This document shows, one piece after another, positions 46,001 to 56,400 of a DNA stretch of 64,000 nt. The stretch is from Nitrospinota bacterium (GTDB lineage Bacteria; Nitrospinota_A; UBA7883; JACRLM01). Position 1 is the first letter of the stretch, and every line of letters begins with the position of its first letter. The position numbers were made by a program, and so were the translations under genes. The notes beneath the pieces were generated by a model. That model saw nothing but the letters and a program-made list of their open reading frames with translations. It was not told where the DNA came from and ran no database searches. The stretch spans positions 4,179-68,178 of the forward strand of contig JACRLM010000066.1 in NCBI GenBank assembly GCA_016235255.1, given 5' to 3'.

Positions 46001-48714
46001 GCAGGATCGCCCATCTTTGGGGGATGTCGGCGCAGTCCGGTGAGGAAAGCGTGGACGATGCGCTCGGGCGGGGATTTTACAGTCTGGTCAATATCGTCAA
46101 ACAGGTGGAAAGCCTTGGCAGGAAGATTGAGATATCTGTTTTCACGCGGGACTTGTGGCGCGTCACCGGAGACGAAAACCTGCGCGTGAATTATTCCACC
46201 GTGATGGGGCCGGTGCGGTCGGCCTGGCTGGAGAACGAAAACATAAGCATGCGCAACATTGACTTCGATTCGCGCACCATCCACTCGAAAGGATTCACCA
46301 CCACGGCGCTGGGGGAGATACTTTCCGGATCGGAAGACCGGGTGGCGGCGTACAGAGGCCGCAGCAGGTGGGTGGAGACATTCGCAAGGCTCCCTCTCGG
46401 CCCTGTGGATGCGCGGCCCGGATGGATCCGTGAAAACGGGGCGTACCTTGTCACCGGCGGACTTGGCGCCATCGGGCTTGCGGTGGCCGGGCGCATGGCA
46501 GGCGTGCGCGGGGTGAAGCTGATATTGGGGGGGCGCGGGACACTCCCGCCAAAAAGCGAATGGGACGGCATACTGGCGGGCCGGGGAGGGGACCAGGCGG
46601 CGCGGCTTGGCGCGTTCATCGCCGGAACCGAGCGCCGGATCAAGGACGCCGCCGGCATACGCACCATAGACATGATCGAAGGATTTGAAGAGCGGATGAA
46701 CGCGCTTTGTTCGTCCATCGTGGTGGACTATCTTGCGTCGTGCGGGGTGGCGGTCCGCAAGGGCTCTTCCACCTCGGCCGAATCCGTCAAGGCCACTCTT
46801 GGGATCATACCTAAATTCGAAAAATTCTATCTTGCCTTCCTTAGGATGCTCGGGGAAGACTCCATCATCCGCGTGGAGCGGGGGGCATTGACGTTCCTGA
46901 AAGACGCCGATGAAATTCCACGGTCAAAAGAAATGTCCGCAAAATTGCGCGCGGCCTATCCCGGATTTGAGGGGATGTTGTCGATACTGGAGCATTGCGG
47001 CGCAAGCTATAAGGACGCGCTGTCGGGCAAGATCGAGGCGATAAGCGTGCTTTATCCAAAGGGCGGGGCTGGCCTGATGGAAAGCGCGGTGGCCAACACG
47101 GAGAAACATACCCAACATGACACATACATAAGCCTGCTGGCCGAAACCGTGGCGCATCTGGCCGCCAAACAGGGCGGAGCGCGCATCCTGGAGTTCGGCG
47201 GTGGAAACGGGGCCGTCACGCGCAAGCTCGTCCCGCTTCTTCGCGGGATGGACGTGGAGTATCACTTCACGGACATCGGACGGGCGTTCACAGTGGCCGC
47301 CAGAAACAACGCAAAAAAGCATGGCCACGATTTCATGAAATTCGGCGAGCTGGACATAAGCCGCGACCCGGCCTCGCAAGGCTATGAGCCGGGTAGTTTT
47401 GACGTTGTGTTCGGGCTGGACGTGGTCCACGCCACCCCAAAAATAGAAGAGACGTTGCGGCAGGTGAAAAAACTGTTGAGGCCCGGCGGCGCGCTTTTAT
47501 TGGTGGAGTCCACATCTTTCTGTCGCTGGTTTGACATGGCGTGGGGGCTGGCGGAAGGGTGGTGGTATTTTAATGACACTCAGTACCGCGCAGGTTCGCC
47601 GCTTGTGCGCGCGGACAAGTGGGAGCTGGCGCTGGCGCGTTGCGGATTCACCGGCGCGCAAGCCTGGCCCAAAGAGGAAACGGAAAGAAACACCAGCGGA
47701 TGCGCCATGATAACGGCCTTTAACGGAGTTGCGGACGCGCGGGAAGAAGGCCATGGTCTCATTGGCAAGATACAGGCCGTCAGGCGGCTGGAAAGTATGG
47801 GCGCCACAGTGGAGACGCTGGGCGCCGATGTGGCCGATTGCGCCCGGTTTGCGGAGGCATTGGCGGCGGCGGAGGAGGTGACCGGCCCCGTATCCGGAGT
47901 GATACACGCCGCCGGGCTGGAGGCGAGCGGGACAATCTGCGGCGCCGCGGCGCACAACGCGGCGCGCGAGTTCGCCCCTAAAATCCACGGCATGATCACT
48001 CTGGACAAATATTTCGCCCACCGGCGGCTTGATTTCATGGTCCTGTTCTCGTCCCTAAGCTCCGTGACAGGAGGGGCGGGCCAGGCCGGATACGCGGCTT
48101 CGAACGCGTATATGGACGCATACGCCCAAAAGCGCCACGCATCGGATGGAGTGACCGTCAGCGTCAACTGGGACATGTGGCGCGGCATGGGCCTGGCCCG
48201 GCGGCTGCTTGACCGGATGGAGAAAGTGGCCGGCGGCAAGCTGGACGCCGGGATGAGCGGCGCTCAGGGGGTGGACGCGTTTGAAAGGATCATGAACGGG
48301 ACTTGCGAGCCGCAGGTGATCGTCTCGACGGCGGACATCCGCCAGGTGATCGCAAAGTCAAAAGAGATGTACTCCAGCCTACTTGACGGAGCGGGTGGCG
48401 GGGCTGGACGCAGGCCGGTGAATGACAACCTGGACGCCCTTAGCCAGACGCAACGCGCCGTCGCACGGATATGGATGGACACTCTGGGCGCCGATGTGGC
48501 CGGCGTGTCCGACAATTTTATCGAATTGGGCGGGGACTCTTTGACGGCCATAAGGATCGTCTCCCGGATACGGGACGAGTTCGGGGTGGAGGCTCCGGTG
48601 CGCATCGTGTTCGAGCGCCCCACCATCGGCCAGTTCGCCGGATGGATTGAAACGGCGATGGGCCCAAGCGGTGGAAACGTTGTTGTGGACGAACTGGAGG
48701 AAGGCGAGCTGTGA
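43060..48714 (+). CDS. PKS module KS - AT - KR with embedded SAM-dependent methyltransferase - ACP
   Basis: - KS: NSACSTSLVAVHLA.
- AT: GHSVGEY plus HAFH, malonyl-type.
- Psi-KR, then the KR NADPH motif VTGGLGAIG at about 46.46 kb.
- About 400-aa insertion carrying MT motif I ILEFGGGNG at about 47.2 kb.
- KR catalytic part (VIHAAGL ... YAASNAYMDA) resumes at about 47.9 to 48.1 kb.
- ACP: FIELGGDSLTAI. Confidence 0.92.
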   Translation: MADKYEQTGLEPIAVVGMAMRYPGAATAEGFWANLRNGVESVRRFTDEQLAAAGVAPKLVKDPRYVKARAVLDGIDMFDASFFGFTELEARQTDPQHRLFLECAWEAMEDAGYDSTKYSGRIGVFGGCGFNSYLALNLSEGLDAGDPAGAYGLYIGNDKDFLSTRVAYKLNLTGPAVTVNSACSTSLVAVHLACQSLLSYQCDMALAGGSSVNARQMEGYLYEEGMILSPDGHCRAFDAKSSGIVPGSGTGIVALKRLEDALRDGDTVNAVILGSAVNNDGAVKAGYTAPSVDGQAKVISEAIAIAGVEPETISYVEAHGTGTPMGDPIEIAALTQAFGTGKKAYCAIGSVKTNIGHTDTAAGVAGLIKTALALKNREIPPSLNYTAPNPAIDFANGPFFVNARLRPWEALTGPRRAGVSSLGIGGTNAHVIMEQAPAQRDAGKSRKYYLAPMSAKTGKALETMQGAIAERLSANHVPIQDAAYTLGVGRRDFADRSAVVCAGADDAARKLKSGAVITGEAGSGARPVVFMFPGQGAQSANMARGLYETEPVFRYAMDECFAILSGVMDTDLKSILYPSPGMEAEAACQLTRTKYAQPALFAVCRSLAVVWRKWGVTPCCSIGHSVGEYVSAHLAGVFSLEDALKLVAARGRVIEKQPGGAMTAVFMDERDIAGIVNGEISIAAVNAQDVCVLSGPVAAVERIEAQFGSRSISFKRLHTSHAFHSAMMEPAVAEFEKIVRDMKLDAPRFAFISNVTGTWITKEDAVDPAYWSKHIRATVRFSGGVREIMKKYEDAAFLEAGPGRTLSGLVSRHGAKLSVACLPHPGEEVDDVEKALDALGRLWVNGARVDWQGFNEGREGCRVSLPKYPFEKRPYWAGGKASGHAKAALVKETDMSRWFYVPSWKRTPSSPKQEGTGDILVFTDREGSGAFLAARLAERGMRVTTVYGGEAYEAGDGHFTVRPDSPEDCRKLFGALGTVPGRIAHLWGMSAQSGEESVDDALGRGFYSLVNIVKQVESLGRKIEISVFTRDLWRVTGDENLRVNYSTVMGPVRSAWLENENISMRNIDFDSRTIHSKGFTTTALGEILSGSEDRVAAYRGRSRWVETFARLPLGPVDARPGWIRENGAYLVTGGLGAIGLAVAGRMAGVRGVKLILGGRGTLPPKSEWDGILAGRGGDQAARLGAFIAGTERRIKDAAGIRTIDMIEGFEERMNALCSSIVVDYLASCGVAVRKGSSTSAESVKATLGIIPKFEKFYLAFLRMLGEDSIIRVERGALTFLKDADEIPRSKEMSAKLRAAYPGFEGMLSILEHCGASYKDALSGKIEAISVLYPKGGAGLMESAVANTEKHTQHDTYISLLAETVAHLAAKQGGARILEFGGGNGAVTRKLVPLLRGMDVEYHFTDIGRAFTVAARNNAKKHGHDFMKFGELDISRDPASQGYEPGSFDVVFGLDVVHATPKIEETLRQVKKLLRPGGALLLVESTSFCRWFDMAWGLAEGWWYFNDTQYRAGSPLVRADKWELALARCGFTGAQAWPKEETERNTSGCAMITAFNGVADAREEGHGLIGKIQAVRRLESMGATVETLGADVADCARFAEALAAAEEVTGPVSGVIHAAGLEASGTICGAAAHNAAREFAPKIHGMITLDKYFAHRRLDFMVLFSSLSSVTGGAGQAGYAASNAYMDAYAQKRHASDGVTVSVNWDMWRGMGLARRLLDRMEKVAGGKLDAGMSGAQGVDAFERIMNGTCEPQVIVSTADIRQVIAKSKEMYSSLLDGAGGGAGRRPVNDNLDALSQTQRAVARIWMDTLGADVAGVSDNFIELGGDSLTAIRIVSRIRDEFGVEAPVRIVFERPTIGQFAGWIETAMGPSGGNVVVDELEEGEL

Positions 48715-51700
48715 AATCAGCCGAAGATATAATCCGGGAACTGGATGGGCTGGGGGTAAAGCTCCGGGTGGAAGGCGAAGCCCTGCGCTATAAAGGCCCC
48801 AAAGGCGCAATCACCGGGCGGATGCGGGAGATCATCGGCGGGATGAAGGCCGAAATCATGGCGGCCGCCGCCCGCATGGCGGATGACATACTGCCGCCTG
48901 TCATAAACCGTGAAAGGGGGGAAGGAGAGGCGCTGCCGCTGTCATTCGCGCAATTGAGACTATGGTTCCTGTACCGGATGGAGGGGCCCAGCCCAACTTA
49001 CAACGTCCCATCAGCGCACAGGATTAAAGGGAAGCTGGACATTGGCGCGTTGACAAAAAGCGTCAACCATATCATTGCTCGCCATGAGCCGTTGCGTATG
49101 CGCTTTTTCGAGAAAGATGGCGAGGCGTACCAGGCCGCGCGCCCGGTGATGGAGATAGATATACCAGTGGTCCGCCTTGCGGCCGATTCCCATGACGCGC
49201 GGATGGAACAGGCGCGGCGCATGGCAAGCCAAGAGGCGCTAAGGCCGTTTGATCTGGCCGCGGATCCGCTGATCCGGGTGTCCATGGTGGAAATAAGCGA
49301 GGACGACCGGCTGTTGCTTATAACGCTCCACCACATAATCGCCGACGGGTGGTCGGCGACAATTCTCACAATGGAACTGGAGAGACTGTACGATTCGTAT
49401 TTAAACGGCGCCTCTGTCAATCTACCATCGCTCGGGGTGAAATATTCCGATTACTGCCAATGGCAGAAGGATGTGCTAGTGGGTGAAAGGCTGGACAGGC
49501 AGGTCGCCGTTTGGACAGAAAAGCTGAAGGGGGCCCCTGCGCTTCATTCCCTGCCGCTGGACAGGCCACGCCCGGCCTTGCAAAGTTTTAAGGGTGAATC
49601 GGTATATTTCACCATCGGCGCGGACTTGACCGGACGGCTCAAGGCGTTCTGCCGCCAGGAAGGGGTGAGCCTTTTCATGGCCACACTTGCGGCGTTCGCG
49701 GCGATAGTGGCGAAGTACGGCGGGAAGGAGAGCATGGTCATCGGCGTTCCGGCGGCCAACCGGCTTCGCAAAGAGCTTGAGCCGCTCATCGGGCTTTTCG
49801 TCAACACGATTCCCCTGAGGGTGGAGGCCGGACTGGCGCTTTCGTTCAGGGAGCTTGCGGCGCGCACAAGGGAAGTTACGCTGGACTCTTTTTCCGGCCA
49901 GCAGGCCCCGTTTGAAAAACTGGTGGACGTCCTCCAGCCGGACCGGAACATGGCGTACAATCCCCTTACGCAGCTTTCGTTCATCCTGCAGGACAAAAAC
50001 ATGGGGACGCTAAAGCTCGGCGGGATCGCCATCGAGCCTTTCCCCACGGAGTGCAACACCGCCAAGTGCGACCTGACCCTTACCGTGCAGGAGGGCGCCG
50101 CCGGGCTGGACTGTTTTATCGCCTACGCCTCGGACATTTTCTGCCGCCCCTTCATCACCGGCATGGCCCGCCATTATCAAAACCTGATAGACCGCGCCCT
50201 CGGCGAACCGGACCGCCCCGTGGGCCAACTCGACCTTATGGACGGCGAGGAGCGGCGCCTTGCGCTAACGCAATGGAGCGGGGCCGCCAAATGTTCGAGG
50301 CACGACGGGCCTCTCGCCCATGAAATGATCGGCCAGGCCGCCAAACGCCATCCTGACGCAATGGCGGTGTCCGATGGAGCGTCGAGCCTCACGTACGCCC
50401 AGCTTGACGCGCGGGCGCTTGCCATCGCAAAAAGCCTTGCCGCCCGAGGCGCAGGCCCGGACAAAATAATCGGGATATGCCTGGAGCGTTCAGTTGACCT
50501 TATCGCCGCCATACTGGGAGTTTGGAAGGCAGGCGGGGCGTATATGCCGATAGACCCGGATTTCCCTCCGGCCAGGATGAAGTACATGGTGGAGAACTCT
50601 GGCGCGGTGGCTGTGATCACATCGTCCACTCTGGAACATGCCGCCGTCGAGGCTGGCGCTCCTCTGGTTTTTATTGATCGCGCATTCAAAACTTCTTCCG
50701 AGCCCGTATTTATCCATTCTGCGCGGCCCGAAAACCTGGCGTATGTCATATATACCTCCGGCTCCACGGGCCAGCCCAAAGGGGTGATGATAGAGCATCG
50801 CTCCTTAAGAAACCTCGTTCATGCGGTAAATAAGAGCATATATGAACCGTATGAGGGGCGGTTGAACGTGGCGCTTCTCGCTTCGGAAGCTTTTGACGCC
50901 TCGGTAAAGCAGATAGCGACGGCCCTTTGCCTTGGCCACACCCTGTTCGTGGTGGACGGGGCCACAAAAAGGGACGACAAGGCGCTCAAGGAGTTCTTCC
51001 GCAAACACAGGATAGACATGACCGACTGCACACCGAGCCTTCTTTCCGTGATGATCAACGCCGGGATACCGGGTGACGTGGAGTTGCGCCTGAAACATAT
51101 AGATGTGGGGGGTGAAGCGCTGACAAAAACCCTTGCCGCAAACTTCCATCGGCGAGCGCTCGGCACGGGAGTCACCCTTACCAACGCCTATGGGCCGGCG
51201 GAATGCTGCGTGGACGCGGCGAATTTCAATATTGATTCCTTCGCGCCGGGAGAACGGGGGATTGTGCCCGTGGGGGCTCCTCTTCAGAACGTCCGGATTT
51301 ACATCCTCGACGGGGAACTTGCGCCTGTCCCGCCCGGTGTGCCCGGGGAGATATGCATCGCCGGCGAGGGGGTGGGCCGCGGTTACATAAACAATCCAGC
51401 GCTCACGGCGGAACGCTTCATAGGCCACGGACCGCTGGGCGAGGCGCGGCTTTACCGCACCGGCGATATCGGCAGATGGTCCCATGACGGAATGGTGGAG
51501 TTCATCGGGCGCGCCGACGGCCAGGTGAAGGTGCGCGGTTACAGGATCGAGCTGGGGGAGGTGGAGGCGGCGCTAAAGAGCATACCCGGCGTGAAGTCCG
51601 CGGCGGTGGCGGCGGTGGAATTGGAGGACGAAACCCGGCGGCTGGAAGCGCTCTTGCAAGTGTCAAGTCCGGTGACCCCCGGCGGGCTGCGCGCAACGCT

Positions 51701-53471
51701 GCTGGAAACGCTGCCGGAGTACATGGTCCCGTCCCGGTTTTACGTGGTGGACTCCATTTCGCTGAACACAAGCGGAAAACTGGACAGGGGCGCGCTGGCG
51801 GCAATGAAAAAAACGGCGCTGGACAGCGGCGAGGAATTCATGGCCCCACGCGGGCAGCGGGAGGAAATTCTCGCGGAAGTGTGGCGGTCGGTCCTGGGGC
51901 TTGACAGGGTAAGCATCCGCGACAATTTTTTCACCATCGGCGGCGATTCCATAAAAGCGTTGCAGATAGCCGCCCGGCTGCGCGAAAGGAATTTCGAGAT
52001 CGCCATACGCGATCTGTTTTCCCGCCCCACCATCGAAGGACTGGAGCCGCTGCTAAAGGCCGTGAAACCCGAGGTGGACGGGGAAAATTCCGCCGATGGC
52101 CCTGTTCACCTTACCCCGATACAACTATGGTTTTTCGGCCAGTTCGGCGGGAACAAGGCGCATTTCAACCAGACCCTTCTGCTTGCGGCCAAGGAACGGC
52201 TGGACGAGGCCGCCCTGCGCAAAGCGCTGGAGGCCGCGACGGGAAGGCATGACGCGCTGCGCTCCCGGTTCTTCGGGCATGACGGGAAATGGACACAAGA
52301 GATTGGCGGGACTGACCGGCCTTTCAGATTGGACGTGGTGGACCTGACGGCCGAGGAGCATCCGGCCGGGGCGCTGAAAAAGCACGCTTCACTTTTGCAG
52401 GCCGGGATTGACATGGAACGCGGCCCGCTGTTCAACGCGGCGATCTACAGATTGAAAGATGGCGACAGGCTGTTTATGACCTGCCATCACCTGGTGGTGG
52501 ACGCCGTCTCATGGCGTTTTATTTTGGAGGACCTTGCCGCAGCTTACCAGCAGGCGTCCAAAGGCATGGCCCCAAAACTGCCGCCCAAACCTTTCCCGCT
52601 GAAAAAATGGGCCGCGCAGCTTTCCGCCTCGGCCAGCTCGATTGCGGCAGGCCAGATGGAGCACTGGAGCGAAGTGGAGGCGGAGGCGGTAAAAGCGCCG
52701 CGGCTGGCGCCGTTCAAACGCGGGCTTTATTCGGAACGGACGGAGGCCACCCGCTTGCTTGGCGCGGACGCCACATCAAAAATGCTGGACGGGGCCAACA
52801 AGGCATTTAACACGCGGCCGCAGGAACTTATGCTTACGGCGCTTCTGCGGACTTTTCAAAAGCTCGGCGGCGGCGATTCGATGGCTGTGACCCTCGAAGG
52901 CCACGGCCGTGAAGGTATCTTGCCCGGCGCCGATGTGAGCGGAACAGCCGGGTGGTTCACATCCAAGTATCCGGTGGTGTTCACCTCACCGGATGGTGAA
53001 GATATCGCCTCGCAGATTAAAGCGGTGAAGGAAGCGGTGCGGCGGACGCCCCATGGCGGAGCCGGGTACGGTGTCGCCCGGTATATGGCGGGGCAAAGCC
53101 CGGACGGCGGAATGTGGAGCGACCCTGAAATCCTTTTCAACTACCTTGGCGGCTTTGAAGAGCTGGACAACGATCTTTTCGGCAGAGCGTTCGAGGATGT
53201 TGGGCCGCACGCCTCGCCGGATGCGCGGGTGGGATGCGGCATCGAGCTGGTCTCGTACGTCTCGCGGGGAAACCTGGAAATATCGGTGTATTGCGACGGC
53301 CCGTCTTACACGGAAGGTTTTGCGGGGCATTTCGCGGAACGGTATATCAGGGAGCTGGAATCGGTGGCGGAGTTTGCGCTGTCGATGGAGAATCCGCAGC
53401 TCACTCCGTCGGACATAGACTACGACGGGTTCGGCATCGCCCAACTCGACGAATTCATCAATAAGCTGTAG
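48711..53471 (+). CDS. NRPS module: TubC-like docking domain - C - A - T - E
   Basis: - N-terminus: MKSAEDIIRELDGLGVKLRVEGEALRYKGPKGAITGRMREIIGGMKAEIMAA.
- C: HHIIADGWS.
- A: YTSGSTGQPKG, NAYGPAECC, YRTGD.
- T: FFTIGGDSIKALQI, the GGDSI variant typical before E domains.
- E domain from about 52.1 kb: PIQLWFF..., HHLVVDAVSW.
- C-terminal COM-like tail: TPSDIDYDGFGIAQLDEFINKL. Confidence 0.93.
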   Translation: MKSAEDIIRELDGLGVKLRVEGEALRYKGPKGAITGRMREIIGGMKAEIMAAAARMADDILPPVINRERGEGEALPLSFAQLRLWFLYRMEGPSPTYNVPSAHRIKGKLDIGALTKSVNHIIARHEPLRMRFFEKDGEAYQAARPVMEIDIPVVRLAADSHDARMEQARRMASQEALRPFDLAADPLIRVSMVEISEDDRLLLITLHHIIADGWSATILTMELERLYDSYLNGASVNLPSLGVKYSDYCQWQKDVLVGERLDRQVAVWTEKLKGAPALHSLPLDRPRPALQSFKGESVYFTIGADLTGRLKAFCRQEGVSLFMATLAAFAAIVAKYGGKESMVIGVPAANRLRKELEPLIGLFVNTIPLRVEAGLALSFRELAARTREVTLDSFSGQQAPFEKLVDVLQPDRNMAYNPLTQLSFILQDKNMGTLKLGGIAIEPFPTECNTAKCDLTLTVQEGAAGLDCFIAYASDIFCRPFITGMARHYQNLIDRALGEPDRPVGQLDLMDGEERRLALTQWSGAAKCSRHDGPLAHEMIGQAAKRHPDAMAVSDGASSLTYAQLDARALAIAKSLAARGAGPDKIIGICLERSVDLIAAILGVWKAGGAYMPIDPDFPPARMKYMVENSGAVAVITSSTLEHAAVEAGAPLVFIDRAFKTSSEPVFIHSARPENLAYVIYTSGSTGQPKGVMIEHRSLRNLVHAVNKSIYEPYEGRLNVALLASEAFDASVKQIATALCLGHTLFVVDGATKRDDKALKEFFRKHRIDMTDCTPSLLSVMINAGIPGDVELRLKHIDVGGEALTKTLAANFHRRALGTGVTLTNAYGPAECCVDAANFNIDSFAPGERGIVPVGAPLQNVRIYILDGELAPVPPGVPGEICIAGEGVGRGYINNPALTAERFIGHGPLGEARLYRTGDIGRWSHDGMVEFIGRADGQVKVRGYRIELGEVEAALKSIPGVKSAAVAAVELEDETRRLEALLQVSSPVTPGGLRATLLETLPEYMVPSRFYVVDSISLNTSGKLDRGALAAMKKTALDSGEEFMAPRGQREEILAEVWRSVLGLDRVSIRDNFFTIGGDSIKALQIAARLRERNFEIAIRDLFSRPTIEGLEPLLKAVKPEVDGENSADGPVHLTPIQLWFFGQFGGNKAHFNQTLLLAAKERLDEAALRKALEAATGRHDALRSRFFGHDGKWTQEIGGTDRPFRLDVVDLTAEEHPAGALKKHASLLQAGIDMERGPLFNAAIYRLKDGDRLFMTCHHLVVDAVSWRFILEDLAAAYQQASKGMAPKLPPKPFPLKKWAAQLSASASSIAAGQMEHWSEVEAEAVKAPRLAPFKRGLYSERTEATRLLGADATSKMLDGANKAFNTRPQELMLTALLRTFQKLGGGDSMAVTLEGHGREGILPGADVSGTAGWFTSKYPVVFTSPDGEDIASQIKAVKEAVRRTPHGGAGYGVARYMAGQSPDGGMWSDPEILFNYLGGFEELDNDLFGRAFEDVGPHASPDARVGCGIELVSYVSRGNLEISVYCDGPSYTEGFAGHFAERYIRELESVAEFALSMENPQLTPSDIDYDGFGIAQLDEFINKL

Positions 53472-53483
53472 GCGGCGGGAACA

Positions 53484-56400
53484 ATGGCCATAGAGAAGAG
53501 CAACATAAAGAACATTTATCCATTGACCCCCACGCAGGAGGGGATGCTTTTCCATGCGCTCATGGAAACGTCGCCGGAGGCGTATTTCAACCAGATCATA
53601 TATACGCTGCGCGGTGATCTGGACGCCGACGCGTTCGAGAAAAGCTGGAACGAGATAATAAAGCGCCACGACACCCTGCGGACCCTGTTCACATACAGGA
53701 ACACCGACAGGCCCCTGCAGGTGGTGCTGCGGGAACGGCCCTTGCGCGCCTCCATCCACGATCTTATCGGCCTGCCACAGGCGCAAAAGGAGCTTGCGGC
53801 GGAGGAGATACGCCGCGCGGACCTTGCAAAGCCTTTCGACCTGGAACAGGACATCCTGATGCGGCTATATGTGATCCGTCTGGAGGACAATCTGTGGAAG
53901 GTGATATGGAGCCATCATCACATTCTCATGGACGGATGGTCGGTGGGCAATGTGATGAAAGAGCTTATGGCGGTGTACCTTGCCATGAAAAAAGGGACAA
54001 GGCCGGCCCTCGCCCCGCCGCCTCCATACGCTGAATACATAAAGTGGCTCGAAAAGCTGGACAAGTCCGCCTCGGGGGACTACTGGAAGCGTTACCTTGC
54101 CGGTTATGAAAAGCCGGTGACTTTCCCACGCTTGAAACGTCCATCTGGCAAACGGGAGATAAAGGACTTCAGATTCTCGTTTGATGAAACGTTGACCTCC
54201 CAGGTGGAGCGCTTCACCCGGGAGCGCGGCGTCACGCTGGGGGCTGTCACGCAGGGGGCGTGGGGCGCCCTTATGGCAAGGTATAACGGGGTGGACGACG
54301 TGGTGTCCGCTTCCGTCGTCTCCGGAAGGCCGCCGGAACTTGAGGGGGTGGAGTCCTATGTGGGGCTTTTCATAAACGCAATACCTGTCCGCTCCCGGAT
54401 CGGGGCCTCCACATCCTTCGCCGGGTTGACGGAGAGCCTTATGCGGGACGCGGCCGATGGCGCGGCCCACCACTATTATCCGCTGGGTAAAATACAGACG
54501 GCCCATCCTCTCGGGCGCAATCTTCTGGACCATGTGACGGCCCTGGAAAACTATCCTGTCCAGGAGCGGCTAAACGATCCGGCGCTGTATGAAGACCTCG
54601 GGTTTGCCCCAGTTAGCTTTGAATGGACCGAGCGCACCAACTACGACTACGATTTTATGGCCATCCCCGGCAAGCGGCTGGACTTCCATGTGACGTACGA
54701 CTCGAACATGTTCGATGCAGGGCAGATGGAGGCGATGGCGGGGCATCTTGAGAACATCGTCCGTTCGGCCGCCGCCGACCCCCTCGCGCCGCTGAATAAA
54801 ATGGACATCCTTGCCCCGGCAGAGAGAGAACGGATACTGTTCGAGTTTGGCGGGCCCGCCTCCATAAATCCACCGGATGGGACCGTCTTGAACCTTATCG
54901 AAGAGAACGCCCGTAAAACTCCCGATGCGGCAGCGCTGGTGTGCGCCGGACGGCGGCTTACCTATTCGCAATTGAACCAACGCGCCAACCGGATCGCCGG
55001 AAGGCTTATAAAAGCTTACGGTGTGCGCCCCGGGGACATTGTGGGTGTGATGATGGAAAAGAGCGAGCGGGCGGTGGTTGCCATCCTCGCCATCTTAAAG
55101 GCGGGCGCGGCGTACCTGCCTTTGGACCCGGAGCATCCGGAGAAAAGGACAGCCGGCATACTGGCGCAGGCAGGCGCGAAAATGCTTATCACCGAACAGC
55201 GCGTGGCCGAAGGGATGGAGTTTGACGGCATCCTGGACTTCATCATGCCGCAAACCGGGATCGTGACCACCCCCCCCCGCTCCAGCATACAGGAGCTGGA
55301 CTCGCTCCCCTACGCGGACAGGTCGGTGATCAATTACGAGAAATACCACAACTTCATCGGCCAGTCCGTGGCAAAGCGCGCTATGGCCATCCAGTCCACC
55401 CGGGGATGCCCATACCTTTGCGCCTACTGCCACAAAGTGTGGCCGAAAAAGCACAAGCGCCGCTCCGCCGAAAACCTTTTCGGCGAGGTGAAAAAACTGC
55501 ATGACTGCGGTGTGCGCAGGTTCGTGTTCATAGACGATATTTTCAACATGGACCGCGCCAACAGCGCAAGGTTCTTCGAGATGGTGATCCGCGCCCGGCT
55601 GGACATACAGATATTCTTCAGCAACGGGCTGCGGGGGGACACGCTGACCCCGGACTACATAGACCTTATGGTGGAGGCTGGGACGAAGAGCATGGCCCTG
55701 GCGCTGGAGACCGCGTCGCCACGCCTGCAGAAACTGATGAAGAAAAACCTGCGCCTCGAGCGGTTCAAGGAAAACCTGGACTATATCGCCGCCCGCCACC
55801 CGCAGGTGATCCTGGAGCTTTTCACCATGCACGGCTTCCCCACGGAGACGGAGGAAGAGGCCATGATGACGCTGGATTTCATCCGCGGGATAAAGTGGAT
55901 ACATTTTCCCTATGTGTTCATCCTCCGCATTTTCCCGGACACGGACATGGCAAGGCTGGCGATGGACAACGGCGTGAGCGCGGAAGCGATAAAAGCTTCC
56001 GCCACGCTGGGCTACCACGAGCTGCCGTCAATACTGCCATTCCCGGCCAGCTTTTCAAAACGATATCAGATGACGTTCCTGAACGAGTACTTCCTCTCGC
56101 GCGAGCGGCTGATTTCCGTGCTGCCGCGCCAGATGGCGCTTTTGAGCGAGGACGAGCTTGTCCAGAAATACAACAGCTATCTGCCAAAAGACATCCGGTC
56201 GTTCGGCGATTTTCTGGAGCTTGCGGGGCTTTCAATGGAAGACCTGCGGGGGGCGGCCTTCGCGGAGGACGGCGCAAAGCAGTCCGCCGGGCTCAACAGC
56301 AGGCTCGCCGCCGCGTTCCCCTCGCCTAACCCTGAGAAAGGGGCGCTCCGCGTCCTGCTGCTCGACCTTTCGCAGAATTTTACGAAGGACAAAACCCTCC

